Assembly: GCA_030704615.1 (NCBI GenBank)
Contig: CM060732.1
Location: forward strand, 43,834,001-43,898,000
From: Takakia lepidozioides
Taxonomy: Eukaryota > Plantae > Bryophyta
Length of the DNA stretch: 64,000 nucleotides
Reading direction: 5' to 3'
A model generated the notes under the pieces. That model saw only the letters and a program-made list of their open reading frames with translations, did not search any database and was not told where the DNA came from. Position numbers and translations under genes: made by a program. The number at the start of each line of letters is the position of its first letter. Position 1 is the stretch's first letter. Shown here one piece after another: positions 63,820 through 64,000 of the stretch.

Positions 63820-64000
63820 CTATCAGTTTCTGTGGAATCTCTTGCTAATGGCAGGATGGGTTGGGAATAGCCAAGTCAGGAGGTGAATGCTTGTAAAATT
63901 ACCACATGTCCTTCTGAACACTGCCCCTGCCCTGGTGGACATGTATGCCAAATGTGGGTGCATTGAGGATGCAAAGGGAGTGTTGAACACTGTGGCTGAA
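63820..64000 (+). pseudogene. PLS-class PPR fragment running off the window
   Basis: ALVDMYAKCGCIEDAKGVLN (63930-63989); upstream part frameshifted. Confidence 0.7.

Overview
Eukaryotic nuclear DNA from a land plant. The evidence is spliceosomal GT-AG introns, plastid-targeted TIC110 and thioredoxin m, HSPRO and PLS-class PPR remnants; the intron style and TE content suggest a seed-free plant, but the species cannot be determined. Four apparently intact host genes are present: FPG/MutM glycosylase (+, 10 exons), thioredoxin m (+, 2 exons), TIC110 (+, 15 exons) and an HSPRO/Hs1pro-1-like gene (-, 4 exons). They are separated by decayed transposons. The standout is a Ty3/Gypsy LTR-retrotransposon polyprotein (13270-18856) with the order Gag(2xCCHC) - aspartic protease - DNMT3-like C5 cytosine methyltransferase (recognisable motifs I-VI and VIII-X) - [RT/RNase H almost entirely deleted] - integrase - PHD finger. 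It is a retroelement carrying both a DNA-methylation writer and a putative histone reader, and this copy is a pseudogene. Also notable: a ~9.1-kb P-superfamily-like DNA transposon with CA..TG TIRs, a pogo-type transposase, a RandI/Dualen-like RLE LINE fragment, an RTEX-like LINE family stacked in (TC)n inside a TIC110 intron, an L1 fragment, a Mutator MITE and a possible piggyBac-like end. All calls come from manual reading and motif recognition; no searches were run.
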